A stretch of DNA of 64,000 nt, taken from positions 31,309 through 95,308 of the forward strand of contig CAZNUU010000001.1 in assembly GCA_964576615.1 (NCBI GenBank), in the 5' to 3' direction. This document shows, in pieces, positions 37,185 to 47,098 of the stretch. Below the pieces are notes generated by a model. That model saw nothing but the letters and a program-made list of their open reading frames with translations. It did no database searches and had not been told where the DNA came from. Origin of the DNA: an uncultured Candidatus Saccharibacteria bacterium (GTDB taxonomy: Bacteria > Patescibacteriota > Minisyncoccia > Phycocordibacterales > DATDWN01). The position numbers were made by a program, and so were the translations under genes. Each line of letters opens with the position of its first letter. Position 1 is the stretch's first letter.

Positions 37185-37419
37185 CAGACTAATTGCAGTG
37201 AAATAAATACAAGATTTTTAATTTATAATTCTGAAGGCTTACCAGAAACGGAAAAACTCAGATCTACTGAGTCCCCTATATCATATCATCTTAAGCCAGT
37301 ATTGTCAATGGTTAAACCATAAAAATCACTTTTGTAAAGACCTAAAAAATGGCCCAGTAAAGCCAAAATAAGTAATTTATTAATAAACCAGATTAACCCA
37401 ATTTTGACAAGATTTTAAC

Positions 37420-37905
37420 CTAAAGGAAGCCTAGAATTATGAGTGGGGCTAGTGACCAGTAGAAAATCCGGTCGGTCCCCGCAAAAAGAGCATCAATTTG
37501 GGGACCAAAATTATGGAGTGTATCGTAGCTTGCTACAGCATATGAAAATAGAACGATTAAGATAAGAAATGCTAATGAAAATCCGGCGACTCGCAGGATT
37601 CCAACACTGCTCGAATATTCGGAGTCGGCCACATAACGATCAATGATGATACAAATTGGTACAAATAAAATTAAGAAAATTATAAGCTTGTTCAGGATCT
37701 CAAATTGGGGATCACTGAAGATCACTAGCTTTTGAGTAAATGGAAAAAAATTATACAGAATTGTAGCAGGATAGAAGGACAGAATTACAGAAACAGCAGT
37801 CTTTTTACCAAAAAACATGATAAAACCGACAAAAAATATTAACGCAACGAGAAAAAATATTATGTCACTAGATAAATAACCAATGATCGCTGTTGTGCTT
37901 GCCAT
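37420..37905 (-). CDS. Membrane protein
   Basis: 4-5 hydrophobic segments. Confidence 0.75.
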   Translation of the reverse strand: MASTTAIIGYLSSDIIFFLVALIFFVGFIMFFGKKTAVSVILSFYPATILYNFFPFTQKLVIFSDPQFEILNKLIIFLILFVPICIIIDRYVADSEYSSSVGILRVAGFSLAFLILIVLFSYAVASYDTLHNFGPQIDALFAGTDRIFYWSLAPLIILGFL

Positions 37906-37953
37906 TTATCGATTATTATAAGACAAACTGAAGATCAAGTGAAGATCTAGAGA

Positions 37954-39033
37954 CTAAATCCCCTCACTTTTTAAACTGTCGATAATCTTTTTGGCTTCTT
38001 TTGATAGTTTCTTGGGAATAAGTATGTTTAGCCTAATTAGCAAATCACCCCGATGACTTTTCTCTAGGGGGACTCCCTTGCCTTTAACCCTTAGTGTCTC
38101 CCCAATTGACACTCCTTCCGGAATTTTCACACTAATTTTCCCATCTAAAGTCTCGATAGTTCTCTCTGCTCCCAGGAGGGCCTCTGTAAGCTTTACTCCA
38201 AGTTCCATTACCAGATTACTGCCTTCCTTTCGCATAAATGGGTGCTTCTTTACATAAACTCTTACATATAGATCACCTGGCTGACCACCTGGAACTGCTT
38301 CACCCACTCCTGAAAGTCTCATCATCTCGCCATTTTCTATGCCTGGCGGTATTTTAATTTTTATGGCGGATTCTTTTTTTAATACTCCCCTGCCGTGACA
38401 AGTATGGCACTTAACTTTCGGAATTTTGCCTGAGCCCATACAAGTCTCACAGGTAGTTGTAGTTTCAAATTGCCCAAAAAAAGTCTTCTTAACTTCTCGC
38501 AATGTTCCCTTGCCATTACAAGTAGTACAGGTAACAGTCTCAGTTCCTGGCTCAGCTCCAGAGCCAGCACATGTGTCACATTTGGAGACTTTATTAAGAA
38601 GCACCTCTCTTTCTGTGCCAAAAATCGACTCCTCAAACGAAAGTTCTATGTCAATTGAAATATCTCGCCCACGCTTTGCCTCTTTTCTCCTGCCTCCACT
38701 AAAAACATCCGAAAAAATATCACCAAAATCAAATTCAAAACCTTGGCCATTACCTTGGGTAAATTGAGAAAAATCAAATCCTCCAAAACCATTCCCGAAG
38801 CCGGAGTTACCAGCCCCACCGCCAAAGGTTCGACCATAGGAGTCGTATTCTGCACGTTTTTTATCATCAGAGAGTACTGAATATGCCTCGTTTATTTCCT
38901 TAAATTTCTCTGCATCACCTGATTTTTTGTCTGGATGATATTTATGAGCCAAATTTCTGAAAGCTTTTTTTATTTCATCCTTGGGAGCCTTTTTGTCTAC
39001 GCCCAGTATTTGATAGTAGTCCTTGCCTGACAT
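37954..39033 (-). CDS. dnaJ: Chaperone DnaJ
   Basis: J domain with HPD, G/F region, four CxxCxGxG repeats. Confidence 0.98.
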   Translation of the reverse strand: MSGKDYYQILGVDKKAPKDEIKKAFRNLAHKYHPDKKSGDAEKFKEINEAYSVLSDDKKRAEYDSYGRTFGGGAGNSGFGNGFGGFDFSQFTQGNGQGFEFDFGDIFSDVFSGGRRKEAKRGRDISIDIELSFEESIFGTEREVLLNKVSKCDTCAGSGAEPGTETVTCTTCNGKGTLREVKKTFFGQFETTTTCETCMGSGKIPKVKCHTCHGRGVLKKESAIKIKIPPGIENGEMMRLSGVGEAVPGGQPGDLYVRVYVKKHPFMRKEGSNLVMELGVKLTEALLGAERTIETLDGKISVKIPEGVSIGETLRVKGKGVPLEKSHRGDLLIRLNILIPKKLSKEAKKIIDSLKSEGI

Positions 39034-39114
39034 AAATTTATTATAAGACTTTTTGAGTCAGTGTGTACTTGACTAAAATACTTTTTATGTTAGACTTTGG
39101 ATAGGAGGATTTTC

Positions 39115-39339
39115 ATGGGTGAGAGCATCTCAGAGTGGGGCGACCGAATGCAGGCAGTCTGGGCAGGCTTACCGGGTTTCGAGAGACGAGCAATTCTCTT
39201 TCGGGCGGCAGTGAGAAACCATCACTGGTTACCCGAAGAAATCTCAGAAATGGCCATGCCATGGTCACTCGTCGATCTCACGGTGAAGCTGGGTGAGCGA
39301 TTCAGCGGCGTCGTATACGAAGCGCTTGCTGGGAAGTAA
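39115..39339 (+). CDS. Hypothetical protein (GC-rich cassette)
   Basis: TTGACT-16-TAGACT with extended -10, AGGAGG SD, downstream hairpin at about 39347-39373. Confidence 0.65.
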   Translation: MGESISEWGDRMQAVWAGLPGFERRAILFRAAVRNHHWLPEEISEMAMPWSLVDLTVKLGERFSGVVYEALAGK

Positions 39340-39411
39340 CCGAGAGCAGCCGGGTGGGCAACCACTCGGCTGAATTGTTTTTGTATGATAAAGTTCACCT
39401 GGAGGGACGAG

Positions 39412-39687
39412 ATGTCCAAGCAAAATGACTGGGAAGCTGCGACTCGGAGTGCAAGAACTCTTACGAAGTCGCTCTCGGAATGCGCTAATGAGGCAGTGGT
39501 AGCTCTTATCTTGGGAACTCTTGTTGTCAGAATTCGCAAAATCTGCGGGAGAAAACTCGTCGACAAGATGATCAGAGAAAAACAAAGGACGGCAGAGGCA
39601 GTAGCTACAGGCCTCTGCTTCATCTGTGAGAAGAATCGAGTTGCCCGCAAGGGTGACATTTGTAAGAGCTGCAATAAGAAGTTCTAA
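39412..39687 (+). CDS. Hypothetical protein with C-terminal CxxC...CxxC zinc-finger-like motif
   Basis: GGAGGG SD before MSKQND; CFIC...CKSC. Confidence 0.65.
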   Translation: MSKQNDWEAATRSARTLTKSLSECANEAVVALILGTLVVRIRKICGRKLVDKMIREKQRTAEAVATGLCFICEKNRVARKGDICKSCNKKF

Positions 39688-39748
39688 CTACCGGCAGGAG
39701 ACCCTCGCCGGTTTCCTGTTTCTGAGGTATTGTTTGGATGGAGGCTTT

Positions 39749-39979
39749 ATGAAATTTGAACGCTGCTTGGAGTGTGGAGGTATTTCCACGACGACGATCC
39801 TTGTTTCGAAGGGGCCGCTTCTGCGGTCGCAGGGAGCATCGTGCAGTGAGCATGTAGATGCGGTAGCACAGCGTCTGGAGCGTAGTCTCAATTCGCCTGC
39901 TCCCGTGCCGAAACGGCCAAGTTTCTTGTCACGTCTCTTCGGAGCATTCGGACTGGAGGCGCTGGATGGGTCATTCTGA
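39749..39979 (+). CDS. Hypothetical protein with CxxC...CxxH motif
   Basis: GGAGG SD before MKFERCLECGG; CSEH. Confidence 0.6.
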   Translation: MKFERCLECGGISTTTILVSKGPLLRSQGASCSEHVDAVAQRLERSLNSPAPVPKRPSFLSRLFGAFGLEALDGSF

Positions 39980-40256
39980 CTCAAGACTAGAGCTACGTTG
40001 GCCAGTGCAAGTGCTGGGTCATGATGACACAGTTGTTCGGGAAGTTGGACGATTTCGCAACCCGCGCGAGGCATTCGATTTCCTACAGAGAGTACCTGGC
40101 CTTGTCCAGATTGTGGGAGTGAGAGGTAACGACTCCCCAATCAGTGCAAGATTTAGGTATACCCCTACCGGAGTCGAAGCACGCATTGGGCGACAATGTC
40201 ATATCCGAACATTACGTGCTACCACTGCTGCACTGCAAAGAGCCCTCGAAAAATGA
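39966..40256 (+). CDS. Hypothetical protein (GC-rich cassette)
   Basis: GGAGG SD; terminator agagccctcga..tcgagggctct at 40239-40270. Confidence 0.55.
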   Translation: MGHSDSRLELRWPVQVLGHDDTVVREVGRFRNPREAFDFLQRVPGLVQIVGVRGNDSPISARFRYTPTGVEARIGRQCHIRTLRATTAALQRALEK

Positions 40257-40276
40257 ACATCGAGGGCTCTAAACTT

Positions 40277-42178
40277 TTATTTGTTATCCTCTGGTTTTTT
40301 TTCTTCAAAGTCGGCATCCCGCACATTTCCATCTTGTTTACTTTCTTCCTTTGGTGGAGTTTGGTTTTGTTGAGCAGTCCTATTTATAATTTCTCCTATC
40401 TTTTGTAATTCAGCTGAAAGCGCCTGGGTCGCAGATTTAATGGAATCCATACCATCTCCATCCTTCGCCTTTTTGAGGTCAACAATTTTACTTTCGATTG
40501 ATGCTTTTAGATCAGCCGGAACCTTATCCCCTGCCTCCGTGAGTGATTTTTCTGAAGTGTAGATTAGTTGTTCTGCAATGTTTTTAGCTTCAACCAAATC
40601 TTTTTTCTTAGCATCATCCTGCGCATGGGCCTCTGCATCTTTTTGCATTTTCTCAATGTCTTCTTTGGAAAGAGATGAGCGAGCCTCGATTCTTATAGAT
40701 TGCTCTTTATTCGTCGCCTTGTCTTTTGCTTTTACAGCCAGAATCCCGTTAGCATCCACATCAAATGTTACTTCTACCTGAGGCATGCCTCGTGGAGATG
40801 GTGGGATACCATCCAAGATGAACCTGCCCAGAGATTTGTTATCACCGGCCATCGCTCTTTCCCCTTGAACAATATGAATCTCAACCGATGTTTGGTTATC
40901 TGCTGCGGTTGAGAAAACCTGAGATCGTGAAGCTGGGATCGTAGTGTTTTTATCAATTAATTTTGTGGCAACCCCGCCCATAGTTTCAATTCCAAGAGAA
41001 AGTGGAATTACATCCAAAAGCAAGACGTCTTTGACGTCACCGGAGAGGATTCCACCTTGAATTGCGGCGCCTAAGGCCACCACTTCATCCGGGTTAATTG
41101 ATTTGTTTGGTTCTTTGCCAAAATACTCCTTAACTTTTTCTTGGATTTTTGGCATCCGGGTCTGTCCACCAACCAAGATCACCTCATTAATTTGAGAAGT
41201 AGAGAAGCCGGATGATTCCAGTGCTCTTTTGGTTATAGACATCGCTCGATCAATCAAATCCCCCGCTAATTCCTCAAGTTTAGCGCGGCTTATCTTTATA
41301 AGAAGGTGACGTGGGCCAGAACTATCTGACGTAATAAACGGAATGTTTACCTCAGTTTCCATAGCCGTAGAAAGTTCAATTTTGGCCTTTTCAGCCGCTT
41401 CATCCAGTCTCTGGAGAGCCAATGTATCACTACGAAGATCTATTCCAGATTCCTTTTTAAATTCATCAGCCAAGTAATTTATGATTTTCTGGTCGATATC
41501 CTTTCCTCCCAAGTGGCTATCTCCATCAGTCGATTTAACTTCAATAACGGAATCTCCAACCTCTAGAATTGAGATGTCGAATGTCCCACCACCAAAGTCG
41601 AAGACAGCTATCTTCTCTTCTTTCTTGCCTTTATCAAAACCATAAGCCAAAGCAGCGGCTGTTGGTTCATTTATGATTCGAAGAACATTCAATCCCGCAA
41701 TTTGACCTGCGTCCTTTGTCGCCTGTCTTTGGGAGTCGTTAAAATATGCGGGAACTGTGATAATTGCATCTGTTACTTTGCCCCCCAGCTTTGCCTCTGC
41801 GTCAGTTTTTAGTTTAGAGAGAATCATTGCAGATACCTCCTCCGGAGAATAATCTTTGTCTGCAATTTTAATTGAGACACCGCCCTTTGCTGATTTACTT
41901 ACCTCAAAAGGGACAATAGCCTTGTCTTTCTGCACAGGCTCGTCATCAAAGTTATGACCAATGAATCTTTTAATCCCGAAGACAGTATTTTTTGCATTTG
42001 TTACTGCTTGTCTTTTGGCGAGAAGACCGACAAGTCTTTCGCCTGTTTTAGAGACAGCAACAATTGAGGGTGTAGTTCTCGCACCCTCTGAATTTTCTAA
42101 TATCTTCGGCTGTCCGGCTTCCATAACCGCGACTGCCGAGAATGTTGTACCTAAGTCTATTCCTATTGTTTTTGACAT
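40277..42178 (-). CDS. dnaK: Chaperone DnaK
   Basis: [31 protein letters not shown]. Confidence 0.99.
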   Translation of the reverse strand: MSKTIGIDLGTTFSAVAVMEAGQPKILENSEGARTTPSIVAVSKTGERLVGLLAKRQAVTNAKNTVFGIKRFIGHNFDDEPVQKDKAIVPFEVSKSAKGGVSIKIADKDYSPEEVSAMILSKLKTDAEAKLGGKVTDAIITVPAYFNDSQRQATKDAGQIAGLNVLRIINEPTAAALAYGFDKGKKEEKIAVFDFGGGTFDISILEVGDSVIEVKSTDGDSHLGGKDIDQKIINYLADEFKKESGIDLRSDTLALQRLDEAAEKAKIELSTAMETEVNIPFITSDSSGPRHLLIKISRAKLEELAGDLIDRAMSITKRALESSGFSTSQINEVILVGGQTRMPKIQEKVKEYFGKEPNKSINPDEVVALGAAIQGGILSGDVKDVLLLDVIPLSLGIETMGGVATKLIDKNTTIPASRSQVFSTAADNQTSVEIHIVQGERAMAGDNKSLGRFILDGIPPSPRGMPQVEVTFDVDANGILAVKAKDKATNKEQSIRIEARSSLSKEDIEKMQKDAEAHAQDDAKKKDLVEAKNIAEQLIYTSEKSLTEAGDKVPADLKASIESKIVDLKKAKDGDGMDSIKSATQALSAELQKIGEIINRTAQQNQTPPKEESKQDGNVRDADFEEKKPEDNK

Positions 42179-42232
42179 GATTTTATAATTGACAATTAGA
42201 TTTTAAATGGTAGCTTAACAGAAGGAGGTCTT

Positions 42233-42448
42233 ATGCAGGTGACGTGGGATGGTGACGCTCTTGTATTCGTTGCAACCGAGGAGGAGGATCAGGCTACTCT
42301 GAGAACTCTTGCGGCCCAATCTGAATTGAGGTTCATGGTCTCAAGGGTTGAAAAGGATCGATATGTACGTGACACCCTTGAGTGGACTGTTGAAGAGATC
42401 CAGATGAGTCCGCTCCAGCCTCCATCACCAAGAAGTAGACGAAAGTAA
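42233..42448 (+). CDS. Hypothetical protein (GC-rich cassette)
   Basis: TTGACA-16-TAGCTT with extended -10, AAGGAGGT SD, terminator acgccgagaac..gttctcggcgt-ttc from 42451. Confidence 0.7.
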   Translation: MQVTWDGDALVFVATEEEDQATLRTLAAQSELRFMVSRVEKDRYVRDTLEWTVEEIQMSPLQPPSPRSRRK

Positions 42449-42486
42449 GCACGCCGAGAACGCCACCAGTTCTCGGCGTTTCTCGT

Positions 42487-42783
42487 TTACAGAGTAGGTG
42501 CTCTGGGTTTAGAACCAGTAAAATCGTAAACTTTTATTTTTGCAAAAGCTGGTTGAGGATTAATTTTTAATAGGATCAAAACATTCTCGGAAACTTTTTT
42601 ATATAAACTAAATAGGAATTGTGTCACCTTACCTACAATTTGTTCCAGGATTGTAAGATCAACAAGTCTTGCTTTGAGTCTCCCCTCTCTCTCATATACA
42701 AAAAACTTAGCTCGGACTAATTTTCCTTTTTTATATGTGAATACTTTTTCAATTGTTTCGCCTCTTTGTTGTGATAGTTGCAT
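42487..42783 (-). CDS. Hypothetical protein coupled to grpE, ending in KPRAPTL
   Basis: TAATG overlap with the grpE stop; host-like AT content. Confidence 0.7.
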   Translation of the reverse strand: MQLSQQRGETIEKVFTYKKGKLVRAKFFVYEREGRLKARLVDLTILEQIVGKVTQFLFSLYKKVSENVLILLKINPQPAFAKIKVYDFTGSKPRAPTL

Positions 42784-43379
42784 TATTTTTCGTAGTGTCC
42801 GACCCTAACTTTTGGGGGACGTATTTCCTTGCCATTTAATTCATAACCGAGTGATATGACATCCAGTATTTTACCCTCATCTCTGTCACTGTCAACTTTT
42901 TCCGTGCCAACAGCTTCGTCTCTTTTTGGATCGTATATTTCACCGATCGGGTTAATGACTTTGAGACCATGCTGAGACAGGATGCTATTTAGATGTGAGT
43001 GAATGTATTCTACTCCCCTGCGCCAATTCTGATCTACTTTTTCCCAAGCTTCCTTATTTTTAAACGCTGACTCAAAAGCATCCAGAACAGGTAGAAGTTC
43101 AGAAATAATATCTGCCTTTGCAAATTTTAGAAACTCCTGTCTTGCTTCGTCATCTTTTTTACGAGCATTGATAAAATCAGCTTTATCCCTCTGCCAAGAA
43201 TCCAATAGCTTCCCATTCTTCTCTTCCAGTTCTTTTATTTTTGCTTTTAACTTTGCAATCTTTTGATTGTGGTCTGCACCGGTAACTTCAGTGTTTTCTT
43301 CAAAAACAACATCATCACCTGGATCAGTATCCAATTCTTCTTCATTTTTTAAATCTTTATTGTCTTTATCTTTATTCAT
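42783..43379 (-). CDS. grpE: Nucleotide exchange factor GrpE
   Basis: ADFINARK, LLPVLD, GYELNGKEIRPPKV. Confidence 0.95.
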   Translation of the reverse strand: MNKDKDNKDLKNEEELDTDPGDDVVFEENTEVTGADHNQKIAKLKAKIKELEEKNGKLLDSWQRDKADFINARKKDDEARQEFLKFAKADIISELLPVLDAFESAFKNKEAWEKVDQNWRRGVEYIHSHLNSILSQHGLKVINPIGEIYDPKRDEAVGTEKVDSDRDEGKILDVISLGYELNGKEIRPPKVRVGHYEK

Positions 43380-43460
43380 TTTGACACATTATAACAAAAG
43401 TGGTTTGGGCCAGTTATTGACAGATCGTATATATTATTATATTTTATCCCGGGAGGTTGT

Positions 43461-43697
43461 GTGATGATCGCTAACGAAGTAGTACGCGAAGTGACGCAAA
43501 GAGTCTTTTTCTCGTTGCTGGGCGTCGGCTGTGCGGGGTTGGTAGTCGCCACGGCCATCATCCTGTCCAAGATTGAAAGGGCTCGCGACAGTGTCCTGAA
43601 GGCCATATTCGAGTCTGACCCCACTCACTCCAGGCTCACAGATGCGGATCGCTGGATGAAATGGCGGAAGTTCCGGGAGGAAGTCCTTAAGACCTGA
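43461..43697 (+). CDS. Hypothetical single-TM protein (GC-rich cassette)
   Basis: TTGACA at 43417, GGGAGGT SD, terminator ccggaggca-gaaga-tgcctccgg from 43698. Confidence 0.65.
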   Translation: MMIANEVVREVTQRVFFSLLGVGCAGLVVATAIILSKIERARDSVLKAIFESDPTHSRLTDADRWMKWRKFREEVLKT

Positions 43698-43761
43698 CCG
43701 GAGGCAGAAGATGCCTCCGGTCTTCTGCGTTATTGATTATCGTTTACTCCAATTAGGTGCG

Positions 43762-43895
43762 CGAGAGTCCATCCAGGCTCTCGCTTCTGGGAAACCCACG
43801 GTTTTCCCAATCCTTCCTCCACAGGAAAACACCCAGTTTTCCTGACACCTTTCTGCTCCGAAGTGGAGCAATTACCTCTTGCTCCACTTCGGAGC
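43762..43895. repeat. Cluster of tandem short palindromes downstream of rpsI
   Basis: gcgagag..ctctcgc; tgggaaa..tttccca; caggaaaac..gttttcctg; 17-bp inverted repeat across the rpsI stop. Confidence 0.7.
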
Positions 43896-44261
43896 CTTCC
43901 TAGCTTTCTTCAGACCGAATTTGCGTCTTTCTTTGGCTCGTGGATCTCGTTTTAAATGTCCTGCCTTCTTTAGAGTTTTTCGAAGAGTTGCATTGTGTTC
44001 TACCAGAGATCTAGCAATACCGTGTCTAAGCGCCTCAGATTGAGAGTGAATACCACCACCGGAAACTTTTACGGAAACACTAAACTTGCCCTCTACTTCT
44101 GAAAAGGGTTGCTTTACGATATTTTGCATTTCTGCACCCTGAAAATAAGTTTCCAAATCCTTACCATTTATTACAAATGTAGTCTTTGAAGCAGGAGTCA
44201 TTCTTACTCGTGCAACCGATGTTTTTCTTCGTCCTATTCCTTCTATGTATTTTTCTGTCAT
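43872..44261 (-). CDS. rpsI: 30S ribosomal protein S9
   Basis: GRRKTSVARV, RDPRAKERRKFGLKKARKAPKWSKR. Confidence 0.98.
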   Translation of the reverse strand: MTEKYIEGIGRRKTSVARVRMTPASKTTFVINGKDLETYFQGAEMQNIVKQPFSEVEGKFSVSVKVSGGGIHSQSEALRHGIARSLVEHNATLRKTLKKAGHLKRDPRAKERRKFGLKKARKAPKWSKR

Positions 44262-44264
44262 ATA

Positions 44265-44609
44265 TTATTCTGAAATTATTAGGTTCTTGATCATTTGGTG
44301 ACGGAGCTTGTTTTTTGGGAGCATACCCCAAACAGCCTCTTTGAAAGCTTCTTTTGTACCTTTTTTCTCAATTACCTGAGCGAGCGTAGGTTTCCGTAGA
44401 CCCCCAGGATATCCAGAGTATATCGCATAAGTTTTTTGCGCCTTCTTTTTTTCAGAAATTGATGCTTTGGCAGCGTTTTTTATCTCAACTGTTATTTGTG
44501 GAGTCTTGTTTCTAGCAAACTCTTTTAAGTTTTTACCCATAAGCAAAACCGCAGCTTCAGTAGCTACTCGTCCAACTTTTTTATTTTGTGCATCAATTGT
44601 GTATTTCAT
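44265..44609 (-). CDS. rplM: 50S ribosomal protein L13
   Basis: IDA...GRVAT..A..LMGK, SGYPGG, GMLPKNKL. Confidence 0.96.
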   Translation of the reverse strand: MKYTIDAQNKKVGRVATEAAVLLMGKNLKEFARNKTPQITVEIKNAAKASISEKKKAQKTYAIYSGYPGGLRKPTLAQVIEKKGTKEAFKEAVWGMLPKNKLRHQMIKNLIISE

Positions 44610-44610
44610 A

Positions 44611-44958
44611 TTAAACGAGTTCAATTACAGCCATTGGGCTTCCGTCAGAAATTCTTTCTTGAAACTTGGTAATTCGTGTATACCCTCCTGCTCTCTTTAC
44701 ATAATTTGGAGAAATATCTTTGATGATTTTATCTGCGGCAATACTGCCCACTTTAGAGATTAAGTCCCTTCTAGCTGAAACTGATTCTGATTTACCGAGA
44801 GTGATAAGCTTCTCCACAAAAGGTCTTAGTTCTTTAGCTTTCGCTTCAGTTGTCATAATTTTACCCTTTGTAACAAATGCCAACGCTAAAGACTTCATAA
44901 GTCCAGATCTTACTTTTCTAATTCTGCCAAACTTTCTGTGAGCTTTAGCGTGTCGCAT
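44611..44958 (-). CDS. rplQ: 50S ribosomal protein L17
   Basis: MRH, TTEAKAKELR, GGYTRI. Confidence 0.97.
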   Translation of the reverse strand: MRHAKAHRKFGRIRKVRSGLMKSLALAFVTKGKIMTTEAKAKELRPFVEKLITLGKSESVSARRDLISKVGSIAADKIIKDISPNYVKRAGGYTRITKFQERISDGSPMAVIELV

Positions 44959-44960
44959 GA

Positions 44961-45914
44961 TTATTTAAGTGTGATACCGAAGGTAGAGAGGACTTCTTTT
45001 ATCTCTGAAAGTCCTTTAGCTCCCAAACCTTCAATCTCTAGAATATCTTTCTCTTTCTTTCGAGCGAGGCCGCCGACAGTTCTAATATTTGCATTAGAGA
45101 GAGCATTCAGAGTCCTAGCGGAAAGATTAAGGGTCTCAATTCTGGTCTTAAGGGAGTCATCGTCCACCTCTGCTTTAGCCGCCATTCCCTCTTCCTTACC
45201 AGCAGGCATTAAGATTTCCTCTTCTTTAAAGCCAACGATAGCTTTTAGCTGATTTATCATTGTCTCTATTGATTTCTCCAAAGCTTCCTTGGGTGTAATT
45301 GTGCCGTCTGTTTCGATGAACATTTTTAGGCGGTTGAAATCAGTCCTATCGCCGACTCGCATGTTTTCAACCTCATAACTTACTCTTCGGATGGGAGTGA
45401 AAATTGCATCCAAAGTAATTTGTCCAATATCAACTCGGTTTTTTTCTATGACTTCTTTGGATACGAAGCCGAGACCTTTTTCGACTGTGATCTCCATATC
45501 AAGCTCAGCATTTTTGTCAGTAAGTGTTGCAATGTCTTGATCTGGATTAAGAATTTTTACGCCAGCGGATGTTTTAATATCGCTAGCCTTAACATCCTTT
45601 ACGCCTTTTACCTTTAAAGTCAGAGTTTGAGGTTCATCACCTACAACCGAGAGTCTGATTTTCTTTAGGTTAAGTAGAATTGTAATAGCGTCTTCTTTAA
45701 CTCCAGAAATTACAGAAAACTCATGTTGAATCCCAGAAATTTTAACACCAGTTACAGCCGCTCCAGGTAAAGAGGACAAGATTATGCGCCTTAGGGAATT
45801 ACCTAAGGTGTGGCCGTAACCAGGATATAGACCGTCAATCTCGTAAGAGCCTGAAAAGTCCATTTCTGATACAATTTTTGGTTTTGATGGCAATACAATT
45901 GTATAGTCAGACAT
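44961..45914 (-). CDS. rpoA: RNA polymerase subunit alpha
   Basis: GYGHTLGNSLRRIILSSLPG; alpha-CTD LSARTLNAL. Confidence 0.98.
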   Translation of the reverse strand: MSDYTIVLPSKPKIVSEMDFSGSYEIDGLYPGYGHTLGNSLRRIILSSLPGAAVTGVKISGIQHEFSVISGVKEDAITILLNLKKIRLSVVGDEPQTLTLKVKGVKDVKASDIKTSAGVKILNPDQDIATLTDKNAELDMEITVEKGLGFVSKEVIEKNRVDIGQITLDAIFTPIRRVSYEVENMRVGDRTDFNRLKMFIETDGTITPKEALEKSIETMINQLKAIVGFKEEEILMPAGKEEGMAAKAEVDDDSLKTRIETLNLSARTLNALSNANIRTVGGLARKKEKDILEIEGLGAKGLSEIKEVLSTFGITLK

Positions 45915-46047
45915 AGTAAATTGTTGTATTATTTATATAAAATAAGCTTGTAAATATTACACTAAAAAGCTAAAAGCTGCAAGGTTTTGAACCGTTTAAG
46001 CAACCAGTAGTCAGTACCAAAGAGTTTGGTACTAGCCACTGAACACT

Positions 46048-46650
46048 TTAACGACTGTAGAACTCAACTACTGTGTTAAGGTCGAACATATTTTCAGTCT
46101 TGTTATAAGTTGGAACACCTATAACTTCTGCTCCCCTCTTACTTGTGTCTAACTTGAGCCAAGACGGTAGAGAGGTAGTTGTATTTCTTTCATCCAGATC
46201 CTTAAACAGACCCTTGTTAAGAGATCTCCCTGTAATGCTTATTTTATCCCCAGTTCTTAAATGCATACTCGGGATAGTGACCCTCTTGCCATTTACTGAT
46301 ATGTGCCCGTGTGAGACTGCTTGCCTTGCGCCAGCCCGGGTAGGAGAAAAACCAAGTCGATAAACAATGTTGTCTAATCTTAATTCAAGTAAATTATAGA
46401 TTAACTCAACAGGATTGAGAGATTTTTTAGCTAGTGCAGTTTTTACGTAACCGGAAAATTGGCTCTCAGATAGGCCGTAAACGAACCTGGCTTTTTGCTT
46501 TTCATTCATCTGAATACCGAATTCAGACTTTGGCTTCATGCTTTTCTTACTCTTTTTTTCTAAATTAAGTGCATACTTTTGAGTTTGAGTTTTCTCAAAT
46601 ACTGGAGCACCTAACCTTCTTGCAATTTTAAATTTTGGTCCTATTTTCAT
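46048..46650 (-). CDS. rpsD: 30S ribosomal protein S4
   Basis: GPKFKIARRLG, LELRLDNIVYRLG, VVEFYSR. Confidence 0.97.
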   Translation of the reverse strand: MKIGPKFKIARRLGAPVFEKTQTQKYALNLEKKSKKSMKPKSEFGIQMNEKQKARFVYGLSESQFSGYVKTALAKKSLNPVELIYNLLELRLDNIVYRLGFSPTRAGARQAVSHGHISVNGKRVTIPSMHLRTGDKISITGRSLNKGLFKDLDERNTTTSLPSWLKLDTSKRGAEVIGVPTYNKTENMFDLNTVVEFYSR

Positions 46651-46654
46651 ATTT

Positions 46655-47080
46655 TTATACGCGTCTTGGTTTTTTTGGCTTTGGCCCATTATGCGGGACT
46701 GGAGTCACATCTCTAATTGAGCTAATACTTATTCCCTTTGAAATAAAGCCTCTAATACTCGATTCCCTGCCTGAACCAACCCCCCTTACAACCACCGAAA
46801 CCTCTTTCATACCCATAGCAGTTGCCTTCGCGCCAACTATCTCGCCAACTTTCGCAGCTGCAAAAGGTGTACCTTTTTTTGCACCCTTAAAACCAATTGA
46901 GCCTGAAGATGATGTCCCTAGAACGTTTCCTCTTGTATCGGTTAGTACAACTTTAGTGTTGTTATAGGTAGACTGAACATACAATGTTCCTACGTCTACT
47001 TTCTTTTTTGAAACACTTGCAGAAACTACCTTTGTTTCTCCACCAGTGCCTCCTTCTGTAACTATACGTTTCTTTCCCAT
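46655..47080 (-). CDS. rpsK: 30S ribosomal protein S11
   Basis: STYNNT, KKGTPFAA, DVTPVPHNG. Confidence 0.98.
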   Translation of the reverse strand: MGKKRIVTEGGTGGETKVVSASVSKKKVDVGTLYVQSTYNNTKVVLTDTRGNVLGTSSSGSIGFKGAKKGTPFAAAKVGEIVGAKATAMGMKEVSVVVRGVGSGRESSIRGFISKGISISSIRDVTPVPHNGPKPKKPRRV

Positions 47081-47098
47081 AAAATATTATTTCTATTG

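Noticed and set aside
39222-40140. Longer - strand ORFs (150, 106, 77 and 150 aa)
   Set aside because: The + strand ORFs have the promoter, SD sites and terminators; these are shadows in GC-rich DNA.
43698-43895. CRISPR-like array of hairpins
   Set aside because: The hairpins differ in sequence, there are no identical direct repeats with spacers, and no cas genes.
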